Assembly (NCBI GenBank): GCA_963798845.1
Contig: CAWCUS010000002.1
Coordinates: 544,001 to 608,000, forward strand
Source: an uncultured Gemmatimonadales bacterium
Lineage (GTDB): Bacteria; Gemmatimonadota; Gemmatimonadetes; Longimicrobiales; RSA9
Direction of reading: 5' to 3'
DNA length: 64,000 nt
Shown here in pieces: positions 19,715-29,371 of the stretch (positions within the stretch are counted from its first letter, which is position 1; each line of letters starts with the position of its first letter). Below the pieces are notes generated by a model. The model worked only from the letters and a program-made list of their open reading frames with translations. It ran no database searches and was not told where the DNA came from. The position numbers and the translations under genes are program-made.

Positions 19715-21429
19715 GAGACACGCCCATGCCGTCGCGCGATCTCATTCGCCGCACGCCGCGCTTCCTGCCGGACCCGCGGGCGGCCATTCTCGGCGCGCTC
19801 GGCGCCCTGCTGGTGGCGGGTCTCGGGGCGGCGAGACCCCGCGTCGCCTCGGCGCAGGCGGCGCGGGTCGTGGACGGGCTGCTGATCCAGGGCGGCGTGG
19901 CGGTGCGCCGCGAGGCGCCGGACGAGGCGGTGGACATCCTGCTGGAGCACGGCGACGACTTCCTGTTGCTGCGCGGCGCGGTCGAACCCGGCGGGTACGA
20001 GACCACGGACACGCTGGACGCGGCGGGGCTGTTCATCCACTCCGCGAACCCGTTCCTCGCCGAGGCACGCCTGGCGCCGTCGCCGAATCCCGTGGACCGG
20101 ACCAGCGCCATGTACGTGCTCCGGACGGGGGCGAGCCCGGCGTCGCCGGCCCGGTGGCTCGTCGGACCGTACGGGTGGCGCCGGGTGGAGGCCGCCGAGA
20201 ACCACCCGGCGGGACCCGTGGACGGGCGAGCGGGGTGCTACGCGCTGACCACGGGAGAGTGGGGCGAGCCGGGCTTCGTCCTGAATCGCACCGGGGCGTG
20301 GTTCCCGGACTCCCTGCGGCTCACCTGGCAGTACCAGTGGCCGTACGGCACGTCGCCGTTCCTGGTGGCGACGGACGGGCGGGGCCGCGTGCGCGGGAAG
20401 CGCATCACCTACTACGGCTGGAAGACCCCGGCTCCCGACTCCCTGGAAGTCATGTTCAGCACCGGATTCCAGATGGCCTGGTTCCTGGGCACGCGGGCCG
20501 CCGACACGGAAAGCGCGGGACGGCGGACCGGGGCGGCGCCGCACCGCGACGGCGGCTCCGCCGACTTCACGGGTGAGCTGGCCTACCTCACCGACGGCGG
20601 CACCGACATCCGGGCGACGGCGCGGCTCACGAGGATCCCTTGCCCCGAGAGCTCGGCGGCCGACCGTTCGCCCCCCGGCCGCGCCAGGAGCGTCGCCGGC
20701 GAGAGGCCGGACGGGGACGCGGAGCAGGCGTCTCCTGCCCCGTCGTCGCCCCGCTGGTCCGTCGAGCTGGAGGGCGGCCCGGTCTGGCAGAGCTACAACG
20801 ACGTCGAGATCCCGAACGACGGCTCCGCCACCCGGTTCTCCCTCTACGACCTCGCCGGCGCGGGCCCGTGGGCGGCGGGCCGCGTGTACGTCACGTGGAA
20901 CTTCGCCGGGCGACACGGCCTGCGACTGCTGCTGGCCCCGCTGACCGTCCGGGCGACGGGGGTGCCGGCGTCGCCGATCTCGTTCGCGGGCGAGGACTAC
21001 GCGGCCGGGATGGCCACGGAGGCGACGTACACGTTCAATTCGTACAGGCTCACGTACCGCTACCGGTTCCACGAAGGCGCGCGGACGCGGGCGTGGATCG
21101 GGTTCACCGCGAAGGTCCGCGACGCCGTGATCTCGCTGGAGCAGGGCGCGACGACGAGCGAGAAGACCGATCTCGGCTTCGTCCCGCTGCTCCACCTGGC
21201 CGGCGACTGGCGCGTCGCCCCGCGCTGGACGGCCGGCGTCGACATCGATGCCCTCGCGGGCGGCCCGGGGCGGGCCGAGGACGCATCGCTGAAGCTGGGC
21301 TACGACCTGGCGGACCGCTGGAGCGTCCGCGTGGGCTATCGCATGGTGGAGGGCGGCGCGGACGTCGAGCCGGTGTACACGTTCGCGTGGCTGCACTACG
21401 CCGTGGCGTCGGTGGTGCTGCGGCTGTAG
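19711..21429 (+). CDS. Exported hypothetical protein with C-terminal outer-membrane beta-barrel-like domain
   Basis: Signal-like hydrophobic stretch; last ~225 aa show alternating aromatic beta-strand pattern. Confidence 0.6.
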   Translation: MRDTPMPSRDLIRRTPRFLPDPRAAILGALGALLVAGLGAARPRVASAQAARVVDGLLIQGGVAVRREAPDEAVDILLEHGDDFLLLRGAVEPGGYETTDTLDAAGLFIHSANPFLAEARLAPSPNPVDRTSAMYVLRTGASPASPARWLVGPYGWRRVEAAENHPAGPVDGRAGCYALTTGEWGEPGFVLNRTGAWFPDSLRLTWQYQWPYGTSPFLVATDGRGRVRGKRITYYGWKTPAPDSLEVMFSTGFQMAWFLGTRAADTESAGRRTGAAPHRDGGSADFTGELAYLTDGGTDIRATARLTRIPCPESSAADRSPPGRARSVAGERPDGDAEQASPAPSSPRWSVELEGGPVWQSYNDVEIPNDGSATRFSLYDLAGAGPWAAGRVYVTWNFAGRHGLRLLLAPLTVRATGVPASPISFAGEDYAAGMATEATYTFNSYRLTYRYRFHEGARTRAWIGFTAKVRDAVISLEQGATTSEKTDLGFVPLLHLAGDWRVAPRWTAGVDIDALAGGPGRAEDASLKLGYDLADRWSVRVGYRMVEGGADVEPVYTFAWLHYAVASVVLRL

Positions 21430-21591
21430 CGGGGGATATCGCGGCGGGCGTCGTGGCAGCCGTGGCGGTGGGGCCGACCACCTCGGGGCCGCACGGTGAA
21501 GGGTGCCGCCTCGGCGGCCGTACGGCGGCCACGGGCGGCCCGGGCCCCACGGGCCGCCGCGGGCCAAACGACCACACCACACGCTGACCTC

Positions 21592-22050
21592 ATGTATCGG
21601 CACACGCAGACCGGAACCTGGCTGGTGGCGGCGATCCTCACCGGGCTGGTCGGCATGGCCGCGGCCCTGGTCGTGGCTCCCCTCGAGGACGCGGGGCGCC
21701 CCGCGCTATGGGCCGCGCTGCCCGGCCTGGTGCTGATGGGGGGCGCCGCCATCGTCTTCCGCTCCCTCACCGTGACCTTGCAGTCGGGCGTGCTCGGCTG
21801 GCGCTTCGGCCCCGGCGTGTTCGGGAGCTCGGTCCACGTCGCCGACATTGACGCAGTCGAGCCCGCGCGCACCTCGCTCATGGCCGGATGGGGCATCCAC
21901 TGGACCCGGCGCGGCTGGCTGTACAACGTGAGCGGCCGCGACGCCGTGCTCGTGCGGATGCGCAACGGCAGGTCCTTCCTGCTGGGCACCGACGAGCCCG
22001 ATCGGCTGGTCCGGGCCATCCGCGACGCCATGGCTGTCGCCAAGCGCTGA
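21592..22050 (+). CDS. Hypothetical membrane protein (2 TM plus PH-like soluble part)
   Basis: YRHTQTG, TM pair, GWGIHW..RGWLYNVSG..AV...LLGTDEP. Confidence 0.75.
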   Translation: MYRHTQTGTWLVAAILTGLVGMAAALVVAPLEDAGRPALWAALPGLVLMGGAAIVFRSLTVTLQSGVLGWRFGPGVFGSSVHVADIDAVEPARTSLMAGWGIHWTRRGWLYNVSGRDAVLVRMRNGRSFLLGTDEPDRLVRAIRDAMAVAKR

Positions 22051-22109
22051 GCCCCGCGGATGCCGGCCGCCCCGGCACCCGCGCCGCGCCTTCGCGTTCC
22101 CTGGGCGCC

Positions 22110-22336
22110 GGGTGCCTCCCCGCGCGCAATGACGCTGCTTCGGCGAGGGGTGCCTCCTCGCGCGCAATGACGCTGCTTCGGCGACGGGTGCCTCCTCGCG
22201 CGCATGACGCTGCTTCGGCGAGCGGGTGCCTCCTTGCGCGCAATGACGCTGCTTCGCGGGCGCTGCCTCCTTCAGGGCCCTGACGCTGCTTCGGCCGCGG
22301 GTGCCTCCTTGCGCGCCATAACGCTGCTTCGCGGGC
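22110..22336. repeat. Tandem array of six ~38-bp units
   Basis: Consensus GGGTGCCTCC-YYGCGCGCAA-TGACGCTGCTTC-G(G/C)...; unit starts 22110, 22148, 22186, 22224, 22261, 22299. Confidence 0.92.
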
Positions 22337-22340
22337 AGTC

Positions 22341-22432
22341 CCGTCGCCAGGACGTCCGCTGCCGCCATGGCGGTGCCCCGGCTCGGGGTGCCGTCGCCAG
22401 GATGTCCGCTGCCGCCATGGCGGTGCCCCGGC
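22341..22432. repeat. Two-copy direct repeat, 50-bp period
   Basis: CCGTCGCCAGGAYGTCCGCTGCCGCCATGGCGGTGCCCCGGC at 22341 and 22391, containing palindrome CCGCCATGGCGG. Confidence 0.88.
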
Positions 22433-22456
22433 GCGCAACCCACCGTCATTTCGCAA

Positions 22457-22572
22457 GCCAGCCGCCAGCCGCCAGCCGCCGGCTGCCAGCCGCCAGCCGC
22501 GCCAGACGCCAGCCGGAGGGCCGCCAGCCCGCCCGCCAGCCGGCCAGCCGGCCAGCCGGCCAGCCCGCCAGC
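22457..22572. repeat. GCCAGCC-type 7/8-mer simple repeat
   Basis: Directly visible. Confidence 0.85.
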
Positions 22573-22779
22573 TGCGCGCGCAGCCCGCTCGGGCAAAGCG
22601 CCGGTCTCGCGCGTGTGGTCGGGGCGAGTCGGGCGTTTCCCGGCCACTGTGAGGCAGACGCCCGGGGCGACAGGGAAGGCGAGGAGGGCTTGGGGGTTTG
22701 CGGGACGATACGGGCACAACGCCCGCCGGCCCCCGATCGGGCGCGCGGCAACGGGGGTTTGCTGGGCGAGGAGGGGAGC

Positions 22780-23703
22780 ATGGATGCGGACGCGGTCATC
22801 GCGGCGTTGGCGGCGCGACAGCATGGCGTGGTCACCCGGGCCCAGCTCGGAGAGGCGGGAGTGGCGCCGCACCTGGTGGACTGGCGGATGTCCCGTGGGC
22901 GGCTGCGTCGCGTGCACCGGGGCGTCTTCCTGGTTGGGCCGGTCGAGGTGCCGCGGGCGAGGGAGATGGCGGCGGCGCTGGCGTGCGGGCCGGCGGCGGT
23001 GGTGAGCCATCGAAGCGGGGCGTCGCTCTGGGGGCTGATCGATGGAAGGGCCCGGCCCGCGCAGGCGGAAGTGATCGATCCGGTCGGCGACTGCCGTCGT
23101 CCGGGGATCACGGTTCACCACATCCGGACGCTCCGACGCGAGGAGGTGACCCGGCTGGAGGGGATTCGCGTCACCACGCCGGAGCGGACGCTGTACGATC
23201 TCGCCGGCGTCGCGAGCGCGCGGGAGCTCGAGCGTTGGGTGGCGGAGGCACTGGCGCGGGGGCTGACGCGTGAGCGCCGTATCCAGCGTCTGCTGGAGCG
23301 GCACCCGCGCGGCCCCGGTTCACGACTCCTGCGCGACCTGCTGGACGAAGGCGCGCCGGCCCGGACCCGCTCGGAGGCGGAAGAGCGGTTCCTGGCGCTG
23401 GTTCGAACGGCGGGCCTGCCACGGCCGGAGGTCAACGTCCGCGTGGCCGGCCTCGAGGTCGACGTCCACGCGGCCGGCCTGGAGGTGGACTTCCTCTGGC
23501 GGGCGGCGCGGCTGGTGGTGGAGGTGGACGGACGCGCCTATCACGGCCGCGGTCGAGCGTTCGAGCGCGACCGCCTTCGCGACGCGACGCTCGCCGCGGT
23601 CGGCCTGCGCGTGGTTCGGGTGACGTGGGGGCAGCTGACGAGGGAGCCGCTGGCGGTGGTCGCCCGGGTCGCCGGAGCGCTCGCCGCCGGACGGACCGGC
23701 TGA
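22780..23703 (+). CDS. AbiEi N-terminal domain + DUF559 (Vsr-like endonuclease) protein
   Basis: LAARQHGVVTRAQL...LRRVHRGVF; VTTPERTLYDLA; TRSEAEERF...EVDFLW...VVEVDG..YH...DRLRD..L...GLRVVRVTW. Confidence 0.88.
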   Translation: MDADAVIAALAARQHGVVTRAQLGEAGVAPHLVDWRMSRGRLRRVHRGVFLVGPVEVPRAREMAAALACGPAAVVSHRSGASLWGLIDGRARPAQAEVIDPVGDCRRPGITVHHIRTLRREEVTRLEGIRVTTPERTLYDLAGVASARELERWVAEALARGLTRERRIQRLLERHPRGPGSRLLRDLLDEGAPARTRSEAEERFLALVRTAGLPRPEVNVRVAGLEVDVHAAGLEVDFLWRAARLVVEVDGRAYHGRGRAFERDRLRDATLAAVGLRVVRVTWGQLTREPLAVVARVAGALAAGRTG

Positions 23704-23778
23704 GCACGAGCGGCTGTAGCCCGGACTCCCGGCTGAGCGCACAGCGCCCGGGCGGCGCTTGCCCCCTGGCCGGGGGGG

Positions 23779-23827
23779 CGGCCCGCGAGGATCACCTTCC
23801 CGCCCCCGCCGCCTGCGGCCAATTTGC
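23779..23827 (+). promoter_or_regulatory. 49-bp element copy 1, promoter-like
   Basis: 48/49 identical to 26510-26558; TTCCCG-N17-CAATTT upstream of HupE/UreJ gene. Confidence 0.55.
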
Positions 23828-23892
23828 CGGCCGACAGCCCCCTCGGACGTATGCGTGGCGGGCGTCGCCGCGGCGCCCTACCTTCCGCGCCC

Positions 23893-24669
23893 ATGTCGTC
23901 GGAGATCCTGGTGTACCTGCGACTCGGTCTCGAGCACATCCTCGACCCGCGCGGCTACGACCATATCCTCTTCCTGGTGGCGCTGACCGCCGTGTACGCG
24001 CCGCGGGAGTGGCTGCGGGTGGTGGTTCTGGTGACCGCGTTCACGGTGGGGCACACGATCACGCTCGTCCTGGCGACGCTGGACCTGGTCCGCGTCCCGT
24101 CCGACCTGGTCGAGCTCCTCATCGCCCTCACCATCCTCTCAACCGCCCTCCTCAACGCCGCGGAGCTGCGCTGGACGGCCACGCACCGCGTGCGAAGCGA
24201 CGGCCGCGCCCGCGACGGCCGCGCCCGCAGGCCTGCGCGTGGGTCCGACCGGCTGCGAGCCGTCGAGCGGCGGCGAGCTTTCGCGGCCGGTGGAGCGGGC
24301 GGATCCGGGGCCGCCGCCGTGGCCACCGCCGTGGCCGCCGCCGGGGCCGCCACGGCGGACACCCTGGAGCCGCCCGGGGCACGATCAGCCAAGTACGCCC
24401 TCGCCCTCTGCTTCGGGCTGATCCACGGGCTGGGCTTTTCCACCTTCCTGCGCGCCGCGCTGGGCGCGGAAGTGCGCATCGTCCTGCCGCTGCTGTCTTT
24501 CAACGTGGGGCTGGAGCTGGGGCAGATCGCCATCGTGGCGTCGATCATGGCGCTCGCCGGGCTGGCCACGGGCAGCCTGAGGGTCCCCCGCCGCGGCTGG
24601 ACGCTGCTGCTGTCCGGCGCGGCGGGCGTGGTCGCGCTCGGCCTCGTGATCGAGCGGCTGCCGGGGTAG
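23893..24669 (+). CDS. HupE/UreJ family membrane protein
   Basis: LGLEHIL...GYDHILFL, TAFTVGHTITL, FGLIHGLGF, FNVGLELGQ. Confidence 0.9.
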   Translation: MSSEILVYLRLGLEHILDPRGYDHILFLVALTAVYAPREWLRVVVLVTAFTVGHTITLVLATLDLVRVPSDLVELLIALTILSTALLNAAELRWTATHRVRSDGRARDGRARRPARGSDRLRAVERRRAFAAGGAGGSGAAAVATAVAAAGAATADTLEPPGARSAKYALALCFGLIHGLGFSTFLRAALGAEVRIVLPLLSFNVGLELGQIAIVASIMALAGLATGSLRVPRRGWTLLLSGAAGVVALGLVIERLPG

Positions 24670-24671
24670 GG

Positions 24672-24792
24672 ACGCCGCTCCGCTCGCCGCTCCGCTCGCC
24701 GCCGCTCGCCCCGCCGCTCGCCGCTCCGCCGCTCCGCCGCTCCGCCGCTCCGCCGCTCCGCCTCGCCGCTCGCCGCCCGCCGCCCCGCCGCT
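24672..24792. repeat. CCGCTCCG/CCGCTCG simple repeat between convergent genes
   Basis: Directly visible. Confidence 0.85.
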
Positions 24793-26354
24793 CAGGCCAC
24801 CACGATCCCGGCCACCAGGTACAGCACGGCCGCTGCTGCTGCCGCCGCCAGCCCCAGCGGCAGCTGGCTGAGTGTGTGGTCCATGAGGTCGGCGCCGGTG
24901 GAGAGGGAGGCGAGGATGGTGCTGTCGCTCAGGGGCGAGCAGTGGTCGCCGAACACGGCGCCGCCCACCACGGCACCGAAGCACAGCGACAGGAACGTGG
25001 GGTCCGGGTGGACGGCCCAGGCCAGCGGCATGGCCAGGGGGAACACCACGGCGAAGGTGCTGAACGAGCTGCCGATGGCGAACGAGGCGGCCATGCACAC
25101 GACGAACAGGGCCGCGGGGAGGATGGCGCCCGGCAGGGCGGTGGCGGTGGTCTCCACCAGGTAGGCGGCGGCGCCGACGGAGCGGGAGACCTCCCCGAGC
25201 GTCACGGCCAGCCCGAGCACCACGGCGCCGATGGTCACGCCCTTGATCCCATCGATGACGCCGTCCACGGCGTGGGTGAGGCGCATGCCGCGCAGAAGCG
25301 CCAGCAGGAACGCCACGGCTACGGCCAGCAGGAACGCTTCGGCGATGGGCACCCGGATCGAGCCCAGGTCGCCGCGCACCAGCGGCGGCACCACGCCGGA
25401 GGCCGCGACGGCGAGGAGCGCGCCCAGGGGGAGGAGGAAGTCCACGATCGACGGCCGGTAGCCGTCGGGAACGCGCCCACCCTCGAGCTCGGCGGACGAC
25501 AGCGGCGAGGCGCCGGGGCGGTCCAGCCCGCCGCCGGCGCGGGAGCGCTCGCGGGCCGCGCGCAGACGCCGCCCCTCCCACGGCAGCACCTCGAGGGCGA
25601 AAAGGAGCGCCGCGGCCACGACCAGGAGGGCGTAGAAGTTGGCGGGAATCGAGCGGAAGAAGAAGGAGACGGCCTGGCCCTGCGTCGCCAGGAGCGGCGT
25701 GGTCCCGGCCACCAGCCCGGCCACGTAGAGCGGCCACGCGTTCAGCGGGACCAGCGACGCAACGGGCGACCCCGTGGTGTCGGCCAGGAACGACGCCTCC
25801 TCGTGCGACACGGCCGCCCCTTCCAGCACCGGCCGCGCCGTGGTCCCCGTGAGCACCGCCGAGATGGTCCCGCCCTGGTGGATCACGAGCCCCAACGCCC
25901 ACGTGAACAGCTTGGCCGAGCGCGGCCCCCGCACCAGGCGACGACCGGCCCACGCCGCGAACCGCGCCGCACCGCCCGTCCGGCCCCAGAGCCCGATGAG
26001 CCCGCCCAGCCCCCAGAAGTAGACCAGGATGATGACCGCGAACGACTCCGTCGCCAGCGCCGGGACGAAGAACGCGGCGACGACGTTGGCGCGCCCGACC
26101 ACCACGCCGCCCACCACGATGCCGAACGCCAGCGCGCTCACCACCTCCCGCGTGGCGAACGCCAGCGCCAGCGCCGAGAGGGCGGGGACGAGCGACGCCC
26201 AGCCGTAGTGGGCCGCGGTGCCGACGGGGCCCGTGCCGCCGGCGCCGGCCCACGTGCCCGCGCGGACCGCCTCGCCCGCGCCGCCGCCCAGCGAGGCCGC
26301 CACCACCGCACCCGCCACGATGACGGCGGCTGCAGCCGCTCGTCGCCTGCCCAT
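24792..26354 (-). CDS. Na+/H+ antiporter NhaC family transporter
   Basis: VSHEEASFLADTTGSP, SFAIGSSFSTF, GAVVGGAVFGDHCSPLSDSTILAS, DHTLSQLP; start uncertain. Confidence 0.85.
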   Translation of the reverse strand: MGRRRAAAAAVIVAGAVVAASLGGGAGEAVRAGTWAGAGGTGPVGTAAHYGWASLVPALSALALAFATREVVSALAFGIVVGGVVVGRANVVAAFFVPALATESFAVIILVYFWGLGGLIGLWGRTGGAARFAAWAGRRLVRGPRSAKLFTWALGLVIHQGGTISAVLTGTTARPVLEGAAVSHEEASFLADTTGSPVASLVPLNAWPLYVAGLVAGTTPLLATQGQAVSFFFRSIPANFYALLVVAAALLFALEVLPWEGRRLRAARERSRAGGGLDRPGASPLSSAELEGGRVPDGYRPSIVDFLLPLGALLAVAASGVVPPLVRGDLGSIRVPIAEAFLLAVAVAFLLALLRGMRLTHAVDGVIDGIKGVTIGAVVLGLAVTLGEVSRSVGAAAYLVETTATALPGAILPAALFVVCMAASFAIGSSFSTFAVVFPLAMPLAWAVHPDPTFLSLCFGAVVGGAVFGDHCSPLSDSTILASLSTGADLMDHTLSQLPLGLAAAAAAAVLYLVAGIVVA

Positions 26355-26509
26355 GCGCTCCGTCACGTCGGTCCACTCCCCGTGTGCGGTTTGGCCGGCC
26401 CGCAGGCAATTCCGGTTGCCGCCCCCGGACAGCGCAACCCCGGCGCACCGCGGCGCCGCTCCGTCCGTGCCCGCGTCCATCGGGGCCGGCCTGGCAGCGC
26501 TCCACGAGC

Positions 26510-26558
26510 CGGCCCGCGAGGATCACCTTGCCGCCCCCGCCGCCTGCGGCCAATTTGC
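26510..26558 (+). promoter_or_regulatory. 49-bp element copy 2, sigma70-like promoter
   Basis: TTGCCG-N17-CAATTT ~50 bp upstream of M1 peptidase start. Confidence 0.6.
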
Positions 26559-26608
26559 GCAATCCGTTTCGGCGAACAGCCCCGCCAGACAAACCCAGGA
26601 ACAAACCC

Positions 26609-28747
26609 ATGCGCATTTCGCCGTCGCCGGCGCTCCGCCGTATCGCTTTCCGCCTTGCCATGTGCGCGCTGGCCGCGCCAGCGCTCATGCCCGCCCCCGC
26701 TGCCGCGCAGCACTGGCTGCACGACGACGGGAGCAAGACGAACAGGTCCATGTTCCGTCCGGTCGAGCAGTGGCCGGACCCGAACGAGTACCGCAACGCC
26801 GCGGGCGCGCCCGGGCACGCCTACTGGCAGCAGAAGGCGGACTACGTCATCGAGGCGACGCTGGACACGGCGAAGCACGCGCTCACGGGAACGGAGCGGA
26901 TCACCTACCACAACAACTCGCCGGACGCGCTGCCCTTCCTCTGGCTCCAGCTCGATCAGAACGTGCGCTCGATCGAGCACAGCCGGACGTACCCGATGCA
27001 GGGCGCGCTGCCCGAGCGGGTGAGCGAAGGCTTCCGCCGCTACGTGGGGCTGAGCCAGTTCGACGGCGGGGACCGGATCGAGCGGGTGCAGGTCGTCGCC
27101 GGCAGCGGCCGGCTGGTGGATGCGCCGCACCGGATCAACAACACGATCATGCGCGTGGACCTGCCTGAGCCGCTGGAGCCGGGCGGCCAGGTGCAGCTCG
27201 AGATCGACTGGAGCTACGCCATCCCGGACCGCGGACGGGGCGGGAAGGAGCTGGTGAGCGACGGGTGGATCTACGAGATGTCGCAGTGGTTCCCCCGCAT
27301 GTCCGTCTACGACGACGTGAACGGCTGGCAGACCGACCAGTTCCTCGGCCGCGGCGAGTTCTACCTCAACTTCGGCGACTACGACGTCACCCTCACCGTC
27401 CCGTGGAACCACATCGTCGACGGCACCGGCCTGCTCCAGAACCCGGAGCAGGTGCTGACCGCCACGCAGCGCCAGCGGCTCGAGCGCGCGTACACGAGCG
27501 AGACGCCCGTTTTCATCCGCACCGCCGACGAAGTCGACGACCCGTCCAGCCGCCCCGTGCAGAAGGGGATGCTGACGTGGCACTTCAAGGCGCAGAACGT
27601 CCGCGACTTCGCCTGGGTGAGCTCGAAGACGTACGTGTGGGACGCGGCCGGCTTCCGCTACGCCGACGACGCCGGCCGCCTCATCCGCGTCCACTCCCTC
27701 TACCCGCGCGACGCCATGCCGCTGTGGGACAAGGTGAGCACGCGGGCCACGCTCCAGACGCTCAAGACCTACGGCCGCATGGCGTTCGAGTTCCCCTACC
27801 CGAAGGCGGTGAACGCCAACGGCCCCGCAGGCGGGATGGAGTACCCCATGATCGCGTTCTGCGGCGCCCGGCCCCAGCCGGACGGGACCTACTCGGACCG
27901 CACCGAGCAGGCGCTGATCAGCGTCACGGTGCACGAGGTGGGGCACAACTGGTTCCCCATGATCGTGGCCAGCGACGAGCGGAAGTGGACGTGGATGGAC
28001 GAGGGGCTGAACACGTTCCTCCAGTACTATGGTGAGCAGGATTACGCGAAGACGTACTGCGGAAAGGAGTGGACGCAGAACGATAGCTGCACGTTCCCGG
28101 GCGAGCGCGGGCCGGCGCCGGCGATCGTCGGCTACATGCGGGACCCGGACCAGGAGCCGATCATGACGGAGTCCGACCTGATCGCCAAGGACTTCGGCAA
28201 CAACGGCTACGCCAAGCCGGCCACGGGGCTGCACATGCTCCGCGAGACGATCCTGGGGCAGCAGGCGTTCGACCAGGCGTTCAGCGGGTACGCGAAGGCG
28301 TGGGAGTTCAAGCACCCGCAGCCGGCCGACTTCTTCCGCTCCATGGACGAGGGCGCGGGCGAGAACATGGCGTGGTTCTGGCGCGGCTGGTTCTACACCA
28401 CGCACGCCAACGACCAGGCCATCAAGGGGGTGAGCGCCCAGGACGCGAAGGAGCTCCTTGGCGGCGACGCGGCCGCTGGCCACTACTACCGCATCACCGT
28501 CGAGAACAAGGGCGGGCTGATCATGCCGCTCCAGATCCAGGCCAGCTTCACCGACGGCAGCACGCAGCGCTTCGACCTGCCGGTGGACGTCTGGCGCGGG
28601 AACGAGCTGGAGTTCACCGAGGGGTTCTTCTCCGACAAGGACCTGGTGAGCGTGGTGCTCGACCCCGACGAGGCGTTCGCGGACGTGGACCGGGACAACA
28701 ACACGTGGACCGCCAAGGCCGTGGAGGGGAATGCGGGGCGGCGGTAG
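26609..28747 (+). CDS. M1 family metallopeptidase (exported)
   Basis: YWQQKADY, GGMEYPM, HEVGHNWFPM, WMDEGLNT. Confidence 0.93.
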   Translation: MRISPSPALRRIAFRLAMCALAAPALMPAPAAAQHWLHDDGSKTNRSMFRPVEQWPDPNEYRNAAGAPGHAYWQQKADYVIEATLDTAKHALTGTERITYHNNSPDALPFLWLQLDQNVRSIEHSRTYPMQGALPERVSEGFRRYVGLSQFDGGDRIERVQVVAGSGRLVDAPHRINNTIMRVDLPEPLEPGGQVQLEIDWSYAIPDRGRGGKELVSDGWIYEMSQWFPRMSVYDDVNGWQTDQFLGRGEFYLNFGDYDVTLTVPWNHIVDGTGLLQNPEQVLTATQRQRLERAYTSETPVFIRTADEVDDPSSRPVQKGMLTWHFKAQNVRDFAWVSSKTYVWDAAGFRYADDAGRLIRVHSLYPRDAMPLWDKVSTRATLQTLKTYGRMAFEFPYPKAVNANGPAGGMEYPMIAFCGARPQPDGTYSDRTEQALISVTVHEVGHNWFPMIVASDERKWTWMDEGLNTFLQYYGEQDYAKTYCGKEWTQNDSCTFPGERGPAPAIVGYMRDPDQEPIMTESDLIAKDFGNNGYAKPATGLHMLRETILGQQAFDQAFSGYAKAWEFKHPQPADFFRSMDEGAGENMAWFWRGWFYTTHANDQAIKGVSAQDAKELLGGDAAAGHYYRITVENKGGLIMPLQIQASFTDGSTQRFDLPVDVWRGNELEFTEGFFSDKDLVSVVLDPDEAFADVDRDNNTWTAKAVEGNAGRR

Positions 28748-28772
28748 GCGGGGCAGCTCGAGGGCCGGAGCA

Positions 28773-29363
28773 ATGCTCCGCTTCGTGCTCGGCGTCGTTT
28801 TCTTGCTCGGCTCACCGGTTCTGGCGTCGGGGGGCCGGCCCGCGGCCGCGCCGGGAGCGGTCTCGGGCGGCGAGGACATGGCCGTGCCGTCCGGGTACGC
28901 GCACGACCTCCACATCGCCTACGGCGACATGGCCATCGAGGGCGACGTCGTCGCCGGCCGCATCCGCATGTTCACGAACGACCTGGAGAAGGCGCTCGGT
29001 CCGCTGGTGAACGCGGACGCCATGACGCTGGACGCCGGGCCCGAAGCGGACGCGCTGGTCCTGCGCTATATCCGGGAGCACCTCGTGATCGAGGTGCCCG
29101 GTGCGACGGCGGATGCGCCGGCGGTCACACTCGATCCGAAACTGCTGGAGAGCGGCGAGGACGAGCTCGACCGGGAACCCGTCTGGTGGGTCATCGTGGA
29201 GTACCGGGCGCCGCGGGATGTGGGCGAGATCCACGTCCGCAACACACTGCTGTTCGAGCTGTTCAAGGACCAGCGGAACATCATGAAGTTCGTGCGCTTC
29301 CCCGAGCAGAAGCAGAAGACGTTCTACTTCGCCCGCGGCGAGGAGCACGCGGTGGTGAAGTAG
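28773..29363 (+). CDS. DUF6702-like exported protein
   Basis: H.LHIAY, RIRMFTNDLEKAL, NTLLFELFKDQRNI; follows M1 peptidase. Confidence 0.7.
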   Translation: MLRFVLGVVFLLGSPVLASGGRPAAAPGAVSGGEDMAVPSGYAHDLHIAYGDMAIEGDVVAGRIRMFTNDLEKALGPLVNADAMTLDAGPEADALVLRYIREHLVIEVPGATADAPAVTLDPKLLESGEDELDREPVWWVIVEYRAPRDVGEIHVRNTLLFELFKDQRNIMKFVRFPEQKQKTFYFARGEEHAVVK

Positions 29364-29371
29364 GGGAGCGA

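Noticed and set aside
22110..22336. CRISPR array
   Set aside because: Units are contiguous with no unique 25-45 bp spacers and no cas genes in the window
22204..22779. Long N-terminal extension of the DUF559 protein through the repeats
   Set aside because: Strong RBS (GAGGAGGGGAG) and family start at ATG 22780; extension is repeat-derived
23625..27023. 1132-aa + strand ORF
   Set aside because: Low-complexity Arg/Gly/Pro alternative frame overlapping well-supported genes
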